Part shown: positions 46,625-57,520 of the stretch, in pieces
Position numbering within the stretch: the stretch's first letter is position 1
Layout: each line of letters starts with the position of its first letter
NCBI GenBank assembly: GCA_001661245.1
Contig: KV454011.1
Coordinates: forward strand, 734,348-798,347
DNA: 64,000 nt
Source of the DNA: Pachysolen tannophilus NRRL Y-2460
Taxonomy: Eukaryota
Direction of reading: 5' to 3'
Translations under genes and position numbers: made by a program
The notes under the pieces: generated by a model
Seen by the model: only the letters and a program-made list of their open reading frames with translations
Told to the model about the DNA's origin: nothing
The model's database searches: none

Positions 46625-48079
46625 TTAAAATAACCATGACAAACCACGTCTAGCAAGGACTAATGTAGGTGTGGTATTGGTGGTAGAAGACGAGGCCGTT
46701 GCTGACGATGAGTAGATACTACTTGAAGTGGCAGTAATTGAAGTTGATGTTGTAGCTGCTGCGGATGAAGAAGCAGATGTTACCGATGTTGCTGGTGTTG
46801 TTGATGTTGCTGGAGCGGAGACGACTGAGGAAGAGGCCGATGTTGATGAAGTTGGAACTGAGACAACTGATGACAGAGCTGAAGATGAAGCTGAAGATGA
46901 AGCTAATACTGGAGCTGCTGACGAAGCAGACGACAAAGCTGAAGATGAAGCGAATACTGGAGCTGCTAACGAAGCTGATGACAAAGCTGACGACAAAGCT
47001 GATACTGGAGCTGAGGCGTATGATGACAAAGCTGAAGACAAGACTGAGGCTGGAGCTGAGACATATGATGACAAAGCTGAAGATGAAGCTGAGGTAGTAC
47101 CGTTAGTGAAACTGAATGAGGTAGTAACAACCAGGGTATCAGAAGAAGTAGTTGTATCAGCAGCATCTGGGTCAACTGCTGATGAAGCATCAGTAGTAGA
47201 GGCATCAGTAGTAGCAGCGGCATCAGTAGCAGAAGCAGAAGTTGAAGTTGTAGCTGGATCATCACTAGAAGTAGCTGAATCGTCACTAGAAGTTGGATCA
47301 GCTGAAGTTGTACTTTCAGCTAAAGCAGCGGAACTAGAACCTGAAGCAGTGGAAGTAACAGTGACTGTTTCGTATTGGGTAGTAACAAAATCAGTAGATG
47401 CTGAAACAACTGTCACAACCGAACCTGCAGAATCTGTGACGGTAATATCAGTAGTGAAAGGAATTGTACTAGTAACTGCAGTGGTAATGTAAGATGTTAC
47501 ATCGGAATCATCTGAGGAAGCAGCACAGTTGCTTTCAGTAACAGTAACGGTAACAGTTGAAACAGAATCTGAAGTTGTGGTTCCTTCAGCGGCTGAAGTA
47601 GTGGCATCTGCTGAAGTAGTTTCGTCAGCAGCAGAAGTAGTAGCAGCTGCAGTAGCAGAAGAAGAGTCACTTGCTGCTGCATCTGTGGAAGCGGAGTCAT
47701 CAGTGCTAGTTCCCAGAGTACTATCGGTTGAAGTTGGTGTTGCAGAAGTGGAAGAAGCTTCTGCTGAAGTAACAGTAGCAACTTCAGCGGATGAAGTAGT
47801 TGAACCATCAGAAAGAGTAATGTAAACAATATCAGTCGAAGTATATGTTGTAGTTTGGTCTGAAGATGTAGATGAAGAATTGAGAAACTTCGTTGAACCA
47901 GCAGCTACTACTGAAGACGAGTTTGTAAATTCACGACGTTGGATTATGTGATCTTGCAAACCACGAATGTCCAAGTAATCATCTATACCACGGAAAGCAG
48001 CCAAGTTACCTAATGGTAAAGCGACAGTTAATTCGGTGGCTAAAGCCATTAATGATAAAATTGAAATTGATGAACGCAT
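46625..48079 (-). CDS. Secreted Ser/Thr/Ala-rich cell-wall mannoprotein-like protein
   Basis: Signal peptide, dibasic RR site, N-glycosylation sequons (NSS, NGT), S/T/A-rich body with internal repeats. Confidence 0.75.
   Translation of the reverse strand: MRSSISILSLMALATELTVALPLGNLAAFRGIDDYLDIRGLQDHIIQRREFTNSSSVVAAGSTKFLNSSSTSSDQTTTYTSTDIVYITLSDGSTTSSAEVATVTSAEASSTSATPTSTDSTLGTSTDDSASTDAAASDSSSATAAATTSAADETTSADATTSAAEGTTTSDSVSTVTVTVTESNCAASSDDSDVTSYITTAVTSTIPFTTDITVTDSAGSVVTVVSASTDFVTTQYETVTVTSTASGSSSAALAESTTSADPTSSDDSATSSDDPATTSTSASATDAAATTDASTTDASSAVDPDAADTTTSSDTLVVTTSFSFTNGTTSASSSALSSYVSAPASVLSSALSSYASAPVSALSSALSSASLAAPVFASSSALSSASSAAPVLASSSASSSALSSVVSVPTSSTSASSSVVSAPATSTTPATSVTSASSSAAATTSTSITATSSSIYSSSATASSSTTNTTPTLVLARRGLSWLF
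46860..47095 (-). repeat. Intragenic minisatellite encoding SSALSS(Y/A)xxAP-type units
   Basis: Recurrent GACAAAGCTGAAGA / CTGGAGCTG units on the + strand. Confidence 0.75.
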
Positions 48080-49605
48080 CTTTTATAATTGCCTCTTTAT
48101 TTCTTTCTTTATTTATTTATTGCTAATTTTTCGTATATATCGATTGAACTGAAATTTTCTTAACCTGTTGTCCCTAATAAAAAAAAAATTGTTGTTTTCG
48201 TAAGGAATGACTGTGGAAAATTAAATTAAATATCAATAAGTTACAAATGAGCTAAATTCCTAAGAAGCAAATTATTCAATATAACGAGTGTAATTTCTTT
48301 GGAAAAAAAACAAATTGAAGAAGAAAAAGAGCAAAAAGTTAAATAGATATAAGAAAAGCTTCGAGGAAATAACCTGGTTTTTATTCAATCTTGACTTGGT
48401 TACATGGGCAAGGAAGAACGATATTTAGTTTTTAGGTACAGATGTAAACATTATGCACAATAGTTGATGGTTAAAATAACGTGCGTCGAGATCTAAACTA
48501 AATACAAATATAAACAATACTCCTATTTTCATGCAAGAAATTCGTGTCCTTAGTAGGTGTTCGCGCCCAAAATTCGCGCCTCTCAACAACTATTAACCAC
48601 TAATAATAAAATCAAAATTTTTAGATCAAACGTTCACAAGGCTCAGCAATAAGATGAGGGACAATTCATCTAGGCACACAGTATTGTGGGAATATAAAAC
48701 GCTAACCTTTCTTTTAAATGGTGTTTTTTTTTTTAATTTGTGTTTTTTTATTATTTTTTTTTTCTTCTTGAAAAATTCTTGAAAAATTTCTCTTCTTCTT
48801 TGCAGGGCTTTAGCTACAAAAATAAACATCCTCCGAGATTTCAAATTCGGCTAGAATTTTTTTCTTTTCGTCCCAAACCTAGTCGAATTTCCCTTTTGGG
48901 AATGTTTGCCTAGGAAACAACAAGGTTTCGACAGTTTAATGCATTTTAAAAGTACCCTTTAGGAATAACTAAGCCTTAATCCATTATTTTAATTTTTCAG
49001 GTCATAAAAATATTGAGTTTCTCTTAATAGTGTTGGAACGAATAATTAATACTACTTAAGTTTACTATATGTTCTTTAGTTTTTAAATTCTTTTCAAAAA
49101 TTTTCTTTTTTTTTTATTTTTTATTTTTTTTATTTTTTTTTTGGGTAATATTTAGCTAAGCTTAAGGTTAAAAGAATATAAGCATAACACCATATTTGGA
49201 ACTGTGGATTAAAATGAAACGAACTAACTAACTAAGTACCTACTTATCTATTACCTACGTATTGAAAAATTAATTAAATTTTTTTAACTACCTAATTAGA
49301 ATTTTTAAACATGTTCTGCTTTACCGCAGGTAAATTAAAAAAAATGCATTTTTTTCAACTGGTTCCTCTGACGCAATCAATGACTACATTTTATCCTTCA
49401 GCCTCTGTTAGTTTGTACGTAGAAGCAATTAACGAAATTTCTCGAGAAAAATATCCGTCATAATAAATAAATAAATAATAATCTTCCTTGAACATGTTTT
49501 TAAGTGCTTATTGTTAATTATTAAATACCTTCCAGCATCTTATTAATAAAGTTTCAATATCCTTGTCAAGGAATTATTCGTCAAGGTCATAAATATAATA
49601 GAGAT

Positions 49606-51384
49606 TCACTTTTGTAAGTCTGGATCAGCAATATCTCCCAAGTGCTTACCGTCTAAAAAATTTGTACCCTTGATTTTTTCTGGAAGATACTCTTGTACAA
49701 CTTCACCGTTGAGATAATCAGGATTATATTTATAACCTTTACTATAATCCAAATCTTTCATCAATTTTGTAGGAGCATTTCTTAAATGTAGAGGAATTGG
49801 AGCACTTGCAAAACCTGGGTCTTTATCAATATATGAGCAAATTTTATTCCATGCTCTATAAATTAAAACACTTTTTGGTGCTTGGCATAATTTATAAGCG
49901 CATTGGACCAAAGCTAAATCTGCTTCAGGTAGTCCAACAAATTGAACTGCTTGATAAGCAGCTATAGCAAGAGGTAAGCAAGTGTTATCGAGGACACCTA
50001 TATCCTCGCTTGCAATTCTTATCATTCTTCTTGCTATGTATAAAGGGTTCTCTCCTCCCTTAATCATTTTCCCTAGATAATATAAAGCTGCATTGGCATC
50101 AGATCCCCTCACTGACTTGTGGAAAGCCGATATAGTGTCGTAATGTGCATCGCCAACCCTGTCATAAATTAAATGAGTTCTCTTAAAAATGTGTTTTAAT
50201 AACTCCGGTGTTATATCAATAAAGTTCAGATTCTCATTGGAAATATCATTATTATTATTATTATTATTATTACTTGGACTTTTCAAGAAATGTGAATCCG
50301 CAATCTCTAATAAATTTAATGCTCCTCTTGAATCTCCATCCGATAAGTCACTCAAATAATCCACTGACTGCTTGTTGAATTTTAATATAGGCTGATTATA
50401 TAACAATTTTCTTGTTTTGTTAACAATTAAAATAGCTTTACACAATACCTTATTTAAGTCGCTAACTTCAAGTTTATTCAAGACAAAAACCCGACATCTT
50501 GATAATAATGCACTATTTAATTGAAAACTAGGATTTTCTGTGGTAGCACCAATTAATATAATATCCCCCTTTTCAACGTAAGGTAAAAAAATATCTTGTT
50601 GTGCCTTGTTAAACCTGTGTATTTCATCACAGAATAAAACTGTTTGTCTCTTTGTTAATCTGTATTCATTTTTAGCTTCTTCAAAAACTTTACGACATTC
50701 ACTGATTCCACTAGAAGTTGCACTTAACTCGACAAATCTTGAGTGAGTTTCATGAGAAATAATCCTACATAAAGAAGTTTTACCAACCCCTGGTGGCCCC
50801 CATAAGATCATAGACGGTATTCTGTCCCTTTCAATAAACCCCCGAAGTATACCATTGGGCCCAACCAAGTGTTGTTGTCCAATATACTGATCTAAATTTT
50901 TAGGACGCAATTTTTCAGCAAGAGGTAACTTTGCCTGCGATTTCAACAACTTTAACTCCTCTTCTAAATGATACTGTGGTGTTAGCGTGTATGGTGGCGG
51001 TGGCGGTGATGAGTCTTTTTTCAATTTTTTGGAAGGAGGTATCAGTTCATCATCCACATCTTGATGCTGATCAATGGTTGATGGTGGAGGCGAATCGGGA
51101 ACAAACAACGATATATTACTTGTGTTTTGCTCAGAAACACTTGATGTTTCATCGTCATCTATAGTAACCACCTCATTTCTTGCTCTCTTCAAACTAGGAG
51201 TATAATTTCGCTCTTTCTTTAAACTTGATCTTGATTTACTCCTATTACCATTCAATATATTCGTTAAATTCGATTTCGTAGAAACATTGGATTCAACTCT
51301 TGAACAACTAGAAGTACACGTATCTAAATGGCGATTAATCAAACCAATCTCTATTTCTTTAGCACATACCGGACAAGACACCAT
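49606..51384 (-). CDS. MGS1: AAA+ ATPase Mgs1/WRNIP1 with N-terminal UBZ zinc finger
   Basis: CPVC..INRHLDTC, PLAEKLRP, GPPGVGKT, DEIHRFNKAQQD, ATTENPSF, HYDTISAFHKSVRGSD, PLHLRNAPT. First ATG at 51384. Confidence 0.96.
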   Translation of the reverse strand: MVSCPVCAKEIEIGLINRHLDTCTSSCSRVESNVSTKSNLTNILNGNRSKSRSSLKKERNYTPSLKRARNEVVTIDDDETSSVSEQNTSNISLFVPDSPPPSTIDQHQDVDDELIPPSKKLKKDSSPPPPPYTLTPQYHLEEELKLLKSQAKLPLAEKLRPKNLDQYIGQQHLVGPNGILRGFIERDRIPSMILWGPPGVGKTSLCRIISHETHSRFVELSATSSGISECRKVFEEAKNEYRLTKRQTVLFCDEIHRFNKAQQDIFLPYVEKGDIILIGATTENPSFQLNSALLSRCRVFVLNKLEVSDLNKVLCKAILIVNKTRKLLYNQPILKFNKQSVDYLSDLSDGDSRGALNLLEIADSHFLKSPSNNNNNNNNDISNENLNFIDITPELLKHIFKRTHLIYDRVGDAHYDTISAFHKSVRGSDANAALYYLGKMIKGGENPLYIARRMIRIASEDIGVLDNTCLPLAIAAYQAVQFVGLPEADLALVQCAYKLCQAPKSVLIYRAWNKICSYIDKDPGFASAPIPLHLRNAPTKLMKDLDYSKGYKYNPDYLNGEVVQEYLPEKIKGTNFLDGKHLGDIADPDLQK

Positions 51385-51712
51385 TCTTATCAAGGCTTAA
51401 TAATACAGAACTGAAATATAGAAAACTAAAGCTGGTAACATCTTGATAGTCGATCTTCTAGTAGATGCGCGTAATCTTTAATTAAAAGAAAAATATACGT
51501 TTCCTAAACGGAGAAATTTTGAATTTTATGTCATCTCCTACTTGGAGAAAATAATTTTTTTAAAAGTTCTCCGTTTCCGTCTCCGTTTTTTTTTTTGGCT
51601 GATAAAGAGCTCAAATTGCATACAGATAGATATCTATGACCTCAGTTATAAAGATGATGTATGGACATTAGTTCAAATGGTTTAATGTTACGAAATATGG
51701 ATTAATTGGAAT

Positions 51713-53431
51713 ATGTTTAAGATTCACAGTGCATTGTCGATAGTATGGTTTGTTTTGGTATGTATATATTTTAGATTATTGTTTTTGACAAAAAGAAGAA
51801 ATATTAACAGAAAATAGAACCATATTCCTCCATCTTTATGGAAATTAATGGACTTTGTACTAGACATCTTATTGTTTTGGTTTCAAAACTTGGTTGCCCT
51901 ATTACAAAAGAAAAACCCCAAATCAGAAGCTAAAAAGGCTTTATCCGTAGCAGAAAGTTTTGAAGAGTGGGAACAAATTGCCTATTATATTGATAATTTG
52001 AACGGAGTTGATTTATGGAGGCACAATCCGATTAGTAAAGACTACGACTATAGGTTGATTAATGAAAGATTGAATTCTTTGAGAGCGGCTAAAGAGTCTA
52101 ATGATGTTTGGAAAATTATTAGTTTATTCAAATCCGGATTGCTTAGAAATTTTGGAGGAATTTCTGATAAAGAATTATTTGTTAAATCTTATATTGGAAC
52201 AAAAATTTTAATTGAAGAATATATACAAGAAGTCTTGAATTGCTTATATTTTATAAATGATTTCAATGTTACTAATGCTTATTCCAGTTTAAAACCCAAT
52301 CAAATGAAATTGGATCTTTTCCATGATGCAAGACAGACTTTTGGATCTACTGCTTTAATCTTACAAGGCGGTTCATTATTTGGACTATGCCATTTAGGAG
52401 TAATTAAAGCTTTATATTTTAAAGGCTTACTACCAAGAATAATAAGTGGAAGCGCAGTTGGGGCTGTTATAGCTTCATTTGTATGTACTTTATCTGAAAA
52501 AGAATTGGAATGCAATTTATTAAATATAGTCAAGTTTATTTCAAAAGAAATTGATGTTAGTAACTACAAGCTGTCTGTGGATGAAATGGATACAAAATAT
52601 GGTAATATGATTGAAAATGTATTTCAAAAAGGATATACACAGGATATTTTGATATTTATTAAATACGTGAGGTTCAAACTCGGTGACTTAACATTTGAAG
52701 AAGCATATTTGAAAACAGACAGGATTTTAAACATTTTAGTGCATCCAACTGATTCTTCCGTACCATCATTGTTAAATTATGTAACTGCTCCTAATATGAT
52801 TATTTGGTCTGCATTACAATGTTCTATTGGCACTGGGGTACTAAGTGATGATGTTCGGCCATATATAAAAGATTTGAATAACGAAATTAAACCATTGAAA
52901 TTACATAGTTGCAAATTTTTGTCACCTCATCAAATCTCCCAGCCAAACTTAAGTAATTACACAGTGAGTGCCGAAAGTCCTTATCAACGCTTAACTGAAT
53001 TATTCAATGTCAATCACTTCATAGTATCATTAGCAAGACCTTATTTTGCTCCATTAATTGGTAACGATCTAAAACATTCCAATAGCTGGTACCCAAAAAT
53101 CATGATAAAGAGAATATTAGCATTAGAATTGCAACATAGAGTTTACTTATTAGATAAGTTCGGTTTGCTATTCAAATTTATTAAGAGAATGGCAATTGAT
53201 GAAAAGACACCTAGAACCAAGAGCTCTGAAATCACAATAGTACCTGAATTTAAAACATTAGTCAAAGATTTTGGTAAAATTTTTGATGTTAACAAATATG
53301 ATGAAAACATTCCATATTGGATATTAGTGGGCGAAAGAAGTGCATGGCCGTTGATTCCAATATTATGGACTAGAACTTCCATTGAATTTGCTCTAGATGA
53401 TTTATATAATCTTAATAGAAAAAGAAAATAA
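51713..53431 (+). CDS. TGL3: Patatin-like triacylglycerol lipase, Tgl3 type; exon 1 51713-51757, intron 51758-51817
   Basis: VL|NHIPP..W, LLRNFGGI, TALILQGGSLFGL.HLGV, LTFEEAY, LLNYVTAPN, RLTELFNVNHFIVSLARPY; intron GTATGT..TATTAAC..TAG. Confidence 0.85.
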
Positions 53432-53458
53432 TATTTATTACTTTGTCACCTTACATTA

Positions 53459-54271
53459 TTATCTGAAAAACAACCTGACATTACCTTCTTTTGCAACGAA
53501 AAAGAGATACTCTTTTTCCACAATTTCTATTTCATCTGTTTGATATCCAACTAACCCTTTGTTAATGGATAAAAGTCCTGTTACATCATTTGCTCTACCT
53601 GTATCCAAAGGTTTTATATTCATAATTAAATTTGATCTGAATAAAAATTTGGTTAAAAATTCCGTATGCTTGAATTCTATTGAAGATTCTTCCTGAGCAT
53701 GGAAATCCAACAAATTTTTATCACTTGACGATATCACAATAAGATTATTTGCATAATTCAAATGCAATTTGTTTAAAAAAATTAATAACATGTTTGTGGT
53801 AAGGGGCGTGGTATGTAATAAATATTCTGGATTTTCTATTATCACATTCAAGTCTGAATAATCGTTTCTGAATTCTTTTTCAATTGTAGTCTCTATCTTT
53901 TTTAATATCTCATCACCTTCTCCATCATCGTACATAGTACTTGTCAATAAATCTAAAAATTTGAAATTATGATTACTATTGCTGACATTAATTTTTCTGA
54001 AAAATTTGTCGTAAAACTTGTAGTCCTGGCTGAACGATACAAGCAACACCTTTGATCTAGATTTTATATTCGAAAATTTTTGAGTCCCAGGTTTATGTGC
54101 CAAAATAAATGTATTGAATAAAAGGTTCTCTACTAACGCAGAAATCAACCATCCTGGTGAAGTGCCTTGTACATACGTGATGAGCGTCTTTGACTTAGAT
54201 GACAACAACCCATCTGGAATTATCGAATTATCCTTGAATATAGCCAATTCCTGTTGCTGAGCATCAGACAT
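53459..54271 (-). CDS. ELP6: Elongator subunit 6
   Basis: QQQELAIF.D, GTSPGWLISALVE, IIENPE.LL, PLDTGRANDVTG.L, EYLF motifs. First ATG at 54271. Confidence 0.88.
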   Translation of the reverse strand: MSDAQQQELAIFKDNSIIPDGLLSSKSKTLITYVQGTSPGWLISALVENLLFNTFILAHKPGTQKFSNIKSRSKVLLVSFSQDYKFYDKFFRKINVSNSNHNFKFLDLLTSTMYDDGEGDEILKKIETTIEKEFRNDYSDLNVIIENPEYLLHTTPLTTNMLLIFLNKLHLNYANNLIVISSSDKNLLDFHAQEESSIEFKHTEFLTKFLFRSNLIMNIKPLDTGRANDVTGLLSINKGLVGYQTDEIEIVEKEYLFFVAKEGNVRLFFR

Positions 54272-54331
54272 TTTCCTATCTTTTAAAACTCTCAATATTT
54301 ATAATGTATTGGACATTACTGTTTTACCTTT

Positions 54332-54366
54332 AAAAGTTGAAAAGTTGAAAAGTTGAAAAGTTGAAA
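54332..54366 (+). repeat. (AAAAGTTG)4 tandem repeat in the ELP6/ZUO1 divergent promoter
   Basis: Four direct 8-bp units followed by poly-A and RRPE-like AAAAATTTTT. Confidence 0.85.
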
Positions 54367-54485
54367 AAAAAAAAGTAAAAAAAAAATTTTTTTTTTATTG
54401 AAATAAATTTATTGAAAATTTTTTATTAATATATTGATAAAATATAAAAAGAAGTCTTTATAGATTAAATTAATAGAATTTAGCA

Positions 54486-55784
54486 ATGTCAGCCGTTTTA
54501 CCTTCATTGCCATCTGGCTTTTCAGGTGAATTTAAAGGTCACAAAAAGATTACTACACCATTACGTCGTCCAGTTGAACCTGTTGGTAGATACTTTTTAG
54601 CTCATGCTTCAAGAACTATCAGAGGTCATACTTGGTCTGAATATGAAAAGACAGCTGCTGAGAAGAATGTTACCAAAGTTCAAGAATCTGATCAGGATGA
54701 TGAATTTGAACAGAATCAAAGTGAGGAATTGCTTTCCCATGACCCAAGAGATTGGAAGACAGCCGACTTATACGCTGTGCTCGGTTTAACAAAATATCGT
54801 TATAGGGCTACTGAAGATCAAATTAGAAGAGCTCATCGTAAAGCAGTCTTGAAACATCATCCAGATAAAAAGGGTGAGTCCGGTGGACTAGACCAAGATG
54901 GTTTTTTCAAGATTATTCAAAAAGCTTATGAAACTTTATTGGATCCAGTCAAGAGAAGACAATTTGACTCTGTTGATGAAGAAGCAGATGTTGCAGCACC
55001 AGCAGCTAAAGGTAAATATGATTTCTTTGAAGCATGGAAACCATTCTTTGATTCAGAAGCTCGTTTTTCAAATAAGAAACCTGTCCCCGAATTAGGTGAT
55101 ATAAATAGCTCACAAAAGGAAGTTGATGCTTTTTACTCTTTCTGGTATAATTTTGATTCTTGGAGATCATTTGAATTTTTGGATGAAGACGTTCCAGATG
55201 ATACAGCAAACCGTGATCACAAACGTTACATTGAACGTAAGAATGTTGCTGCTAGAAAGAAGAAGAAGACCGAAGATAACAAGAGATTAATTGAATTGGT
55301 TAAGAGAGCTTCATCCGAAGATCCTAGAATTAAGTTATTCAAAGAAGCTGAAAAGAAAGAAAAAGAAAGAAAGAAATGGGAAAGAGAAGCTGGTTCAAGG
55401 AAAGCTGCTGAGGAAGCCGCTGCTAAAAAGGCTGCTGAAGAAAAGGCCAAAGCTGAGGCTGAAGAACAAGCAAAGAATCTTAAAGAATCTAGTAAAAAGG
55501 CTAAAGAAGCAGCTAAAAATGCCAAGAAGAAGAATAAGAGAGTTGTTAGAAACTCTGTTAAAGATGTTAACTACTTTGGACAGTCAGATAAGGCTGAAAT
55601 CATTGACGCAGATGTTGATTTGTTGATTGAATCATTCGATGATATGAAATTGTCATCAGTTGTTTCAAAGCTTAATGGTGTCACTGACCCAGAAGTTGTT
55701 AAAGCAACTTTTATCGACGTTGCAAAGGAAATAGTTGATGCCGGAAAATTACCAGCTTCTTCATTGAAGTTTTTCCAAAATTAA
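54486..55784 (+). CDS. ZUO1: Zuotin, J-domain subunit of the ribosome-associated complex
   Basis: RPVEPVG, DLYAVLGL..R..AT..QI, HHPDK, FDSWRSFE, NRDHKRYIERKN. Confidence 0.97.
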   Translation: MSAVLPSLPSGFSGEFKGHKKITTPLRRPVEPVGRYFLAHASRTIRGHTWSEYEKTAAEKNVTKVQESDQDDEFEQNQSEELLSHDPRDWKTADLYAVLGLTKYRYRATEDQIRRAHRKAVLKHHPDKKGESGGLDQDGFFKIIQKAYETLLDPVKRRQFDSVDEEADVAAPAAKGKYDFFEAWKPFFDSEARFSNKKPVPELGDINSSQKEVDAFYSFWYNFDSWRSFEFLDEDVPDDTANRDHKRYIERKNVAARKKKKTEDNKRLIELVKRASSEDPRIKLFKEAEKKEKERKKWEREAGSRKAAEEAAAKKAAEEKAKAEAEEQAKNLKESSKKAKEAAKNAKKKNKRVVRNSVKDVNYFGQSDKAEIIDADVDLLIESFDDMKLSSVVSKLNGVTDPEVVKATFIDVAKEIVDAGKLPASSLKFFQN

Positions 55785-55879
55785 ACATTTTTTTAGCTCA
55801 ATATATTTGAATAATAAATAAAATAAGAATTAATTTTTTTTTTTTTTTTTTTTTGTTAAAAAAAAAAATATTAGTAAAA

Positions 55880-57295
55880 CTATTTAGACCAATTCCAATA
55901 GACTTCAAGAGATTGCGGTAAATCTTCATCAATCTGACAAACTTCTGTATAAGTAGTTCCTTTCAATCCTCTAATAATACGCTCATGATAATCGTTAACT
56001 TCGCAACTAAACCCAGGCCCATCACTACAGTTTGCTAATGGGATAACCGAGTCATTTAAAATAATCCTAGCATAGGCTTTGCCATCAGTACTACACTTCA
56101 ATCTCTCTACGACTACCTTAGCACCCATTGGGACAATTTGAGAACATTTGAAAGGAGAGAAAAAATCAATTTGATCAACACTTAAATGACTCAGCGATTG
56201 CAACAACCCCATTGCAGCAACAACAGGTGTGATATCAGTATCGTGTGAAAATGAAAAGAAAAGTTTGCCAACTTCACTTGGACCTTCTTTCAATAATGTT
56301 GCAGTAGCGTTAGCATAGTTTGAACCTATAGCAACAGCTAATGAATGTCCGTAACTCGCCCTATAATAAAAATCCAAATCTCTCTGGTAACCAAATGCTA
56401 CCCATTCATCTTTAGTAAAAAGTTTACACCATACAGGGTCTCCTCTAACGTTTAATTCAAACCCACATAAAGACATCATTTGGAAAGCATCGTCTGCATC
56501 TATATTAAAACCAGGTGATAATCTGTTTAATCTATTTGCGGCTTTCTCTAGGTATTTAGTTGAATATTTAGAAAGAAGCTCATCATTTTCAGAATAATCA
56601 AAAGGTTTACAACTTGTTGCTGCTGTTAAAGTATTTGCACCTTGCAGTGAACTTTCAGGAAGCAGTTGTAAGGACAATAAACTATCGTTAGCACTCTTTG
56701 CTAAAAACCCCTTAGCAAAACTCTTAGCTGTATCAACAACTCTTTCTTGACCTGCAGAAAAAACTGGTAATACCTCATTTTGATCATCAAAAAGATGACC
56801 ATATTTCTCTCTAAATTTTAAACCAACTTTATAAGAATCTTCTAATCCATTATATGGCCCAGAATGCGTTTCAAGTTCGTAATCCTCATCCGTAGCAAAA
56901 TATTTATAATCTTTGATAAATGCCAACGGCCCAGTATACGTCTCTACATTTGACAATTTCTGCAACTTGTTGAGTAGTTTTTCAAAGCGTTTTCCACTAT
57001 CATAAGTTGGATATCTTTCACCATGTCTCATGAGCAAATGAACTTGATCAACTACACAGTCTTCAGGTGTTTCAGGGCCAACGCCATAACCATGATGCGA
57101 AACATATGGCAGTAACGCTCCACCAAATCTCAATACATTGAATTGTTCCGTAGACGTTTGAGGATATGGTTTGCCGCCAACACTTCCAAGTACGCTACTA
57201 CTCAAAGGTTTTGTAGTTAAAGTAGATATCGATAAGAGTACTATCAATAAAGCAGCTATTGATAGAACGGTAACATTCAATGAACCCACAATCAT
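55880..57295 (-). CDS. Histidine acid phosphatase/phytase (Pho5/Pho3 family) with N-terminal signal anchor
   Basis: RHGERYP and SFSHDTDI catalytic motifs, C..GPGFSC. First ATG at 57295. Confidence 0.92.
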   Translation of the reverse strand: MIVGSLNVTVLSIAALLIVLLSISTLTTKPLSSSVLGSVGGKPYPQTSTEQFNVLRFGGALLPYVSHHGYGVGPETPEDCVVDQVHLLMRHGERYPTYDSGKRFEKLLNKLQKLSNVETYTGPLAFIKDYKYFATDEDYELETHSGPYNGLEDSYKVGLKFREKYGHLFDDQNEVLPVFSAGQERVVDTAKSFAKGFLAKSANDSLLSLQLLPESSLQGANTLTAATSCKPFDYSENDELLSKYSTKYLEKAANRLNRLSPGFNIDADDAFQMMSLCGFELNVRGDPVWCKLFTKDEWVAFGYQRDLDFYYRASYGHSLAVAIGSNYANATATLLKEGPSEVGKLFFSFSHDTDITPVVAAMGLLQSLSHLSVDQIDFFSPFKCSQIVPMGAKVVVERLKCSTDGKAYARIILNDSVIPLANCSDGPGFSCEVNDYHERIIRGLKGTTYTEVCQIDEDLPQSLEVYWNWSK

Positions 57296-57520
57296 TCTTT
57301 TCTTCAGTATCAAGAATTGTCAATGTCTCTTATGTTCTTCTATTAACACTTTCCAGTCAACAGCAACTGAGCTTGGTCATTAAATAATGGTTTTGTGGGA
57401 ACTATCTCGTGCTCTCCAAAAACAGATAAAATTAATTAATAAAGCGTGCATTGATAAAAATTAAAAATATCAAGAATATTATTTATCTATCTTGCTTTCA
57501 TACTATATATGATCTATACG

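Noticed and set aside
46728..47825. Long antisense and alternative-frame ORFs (254, 110, 106, 110, 98 aa) over the cell-wall gene
   Set aside because: Shadow frames of a repetitive Ser/Thr/Ala gene whose codons produce few stops in other frames; no protein motifs.
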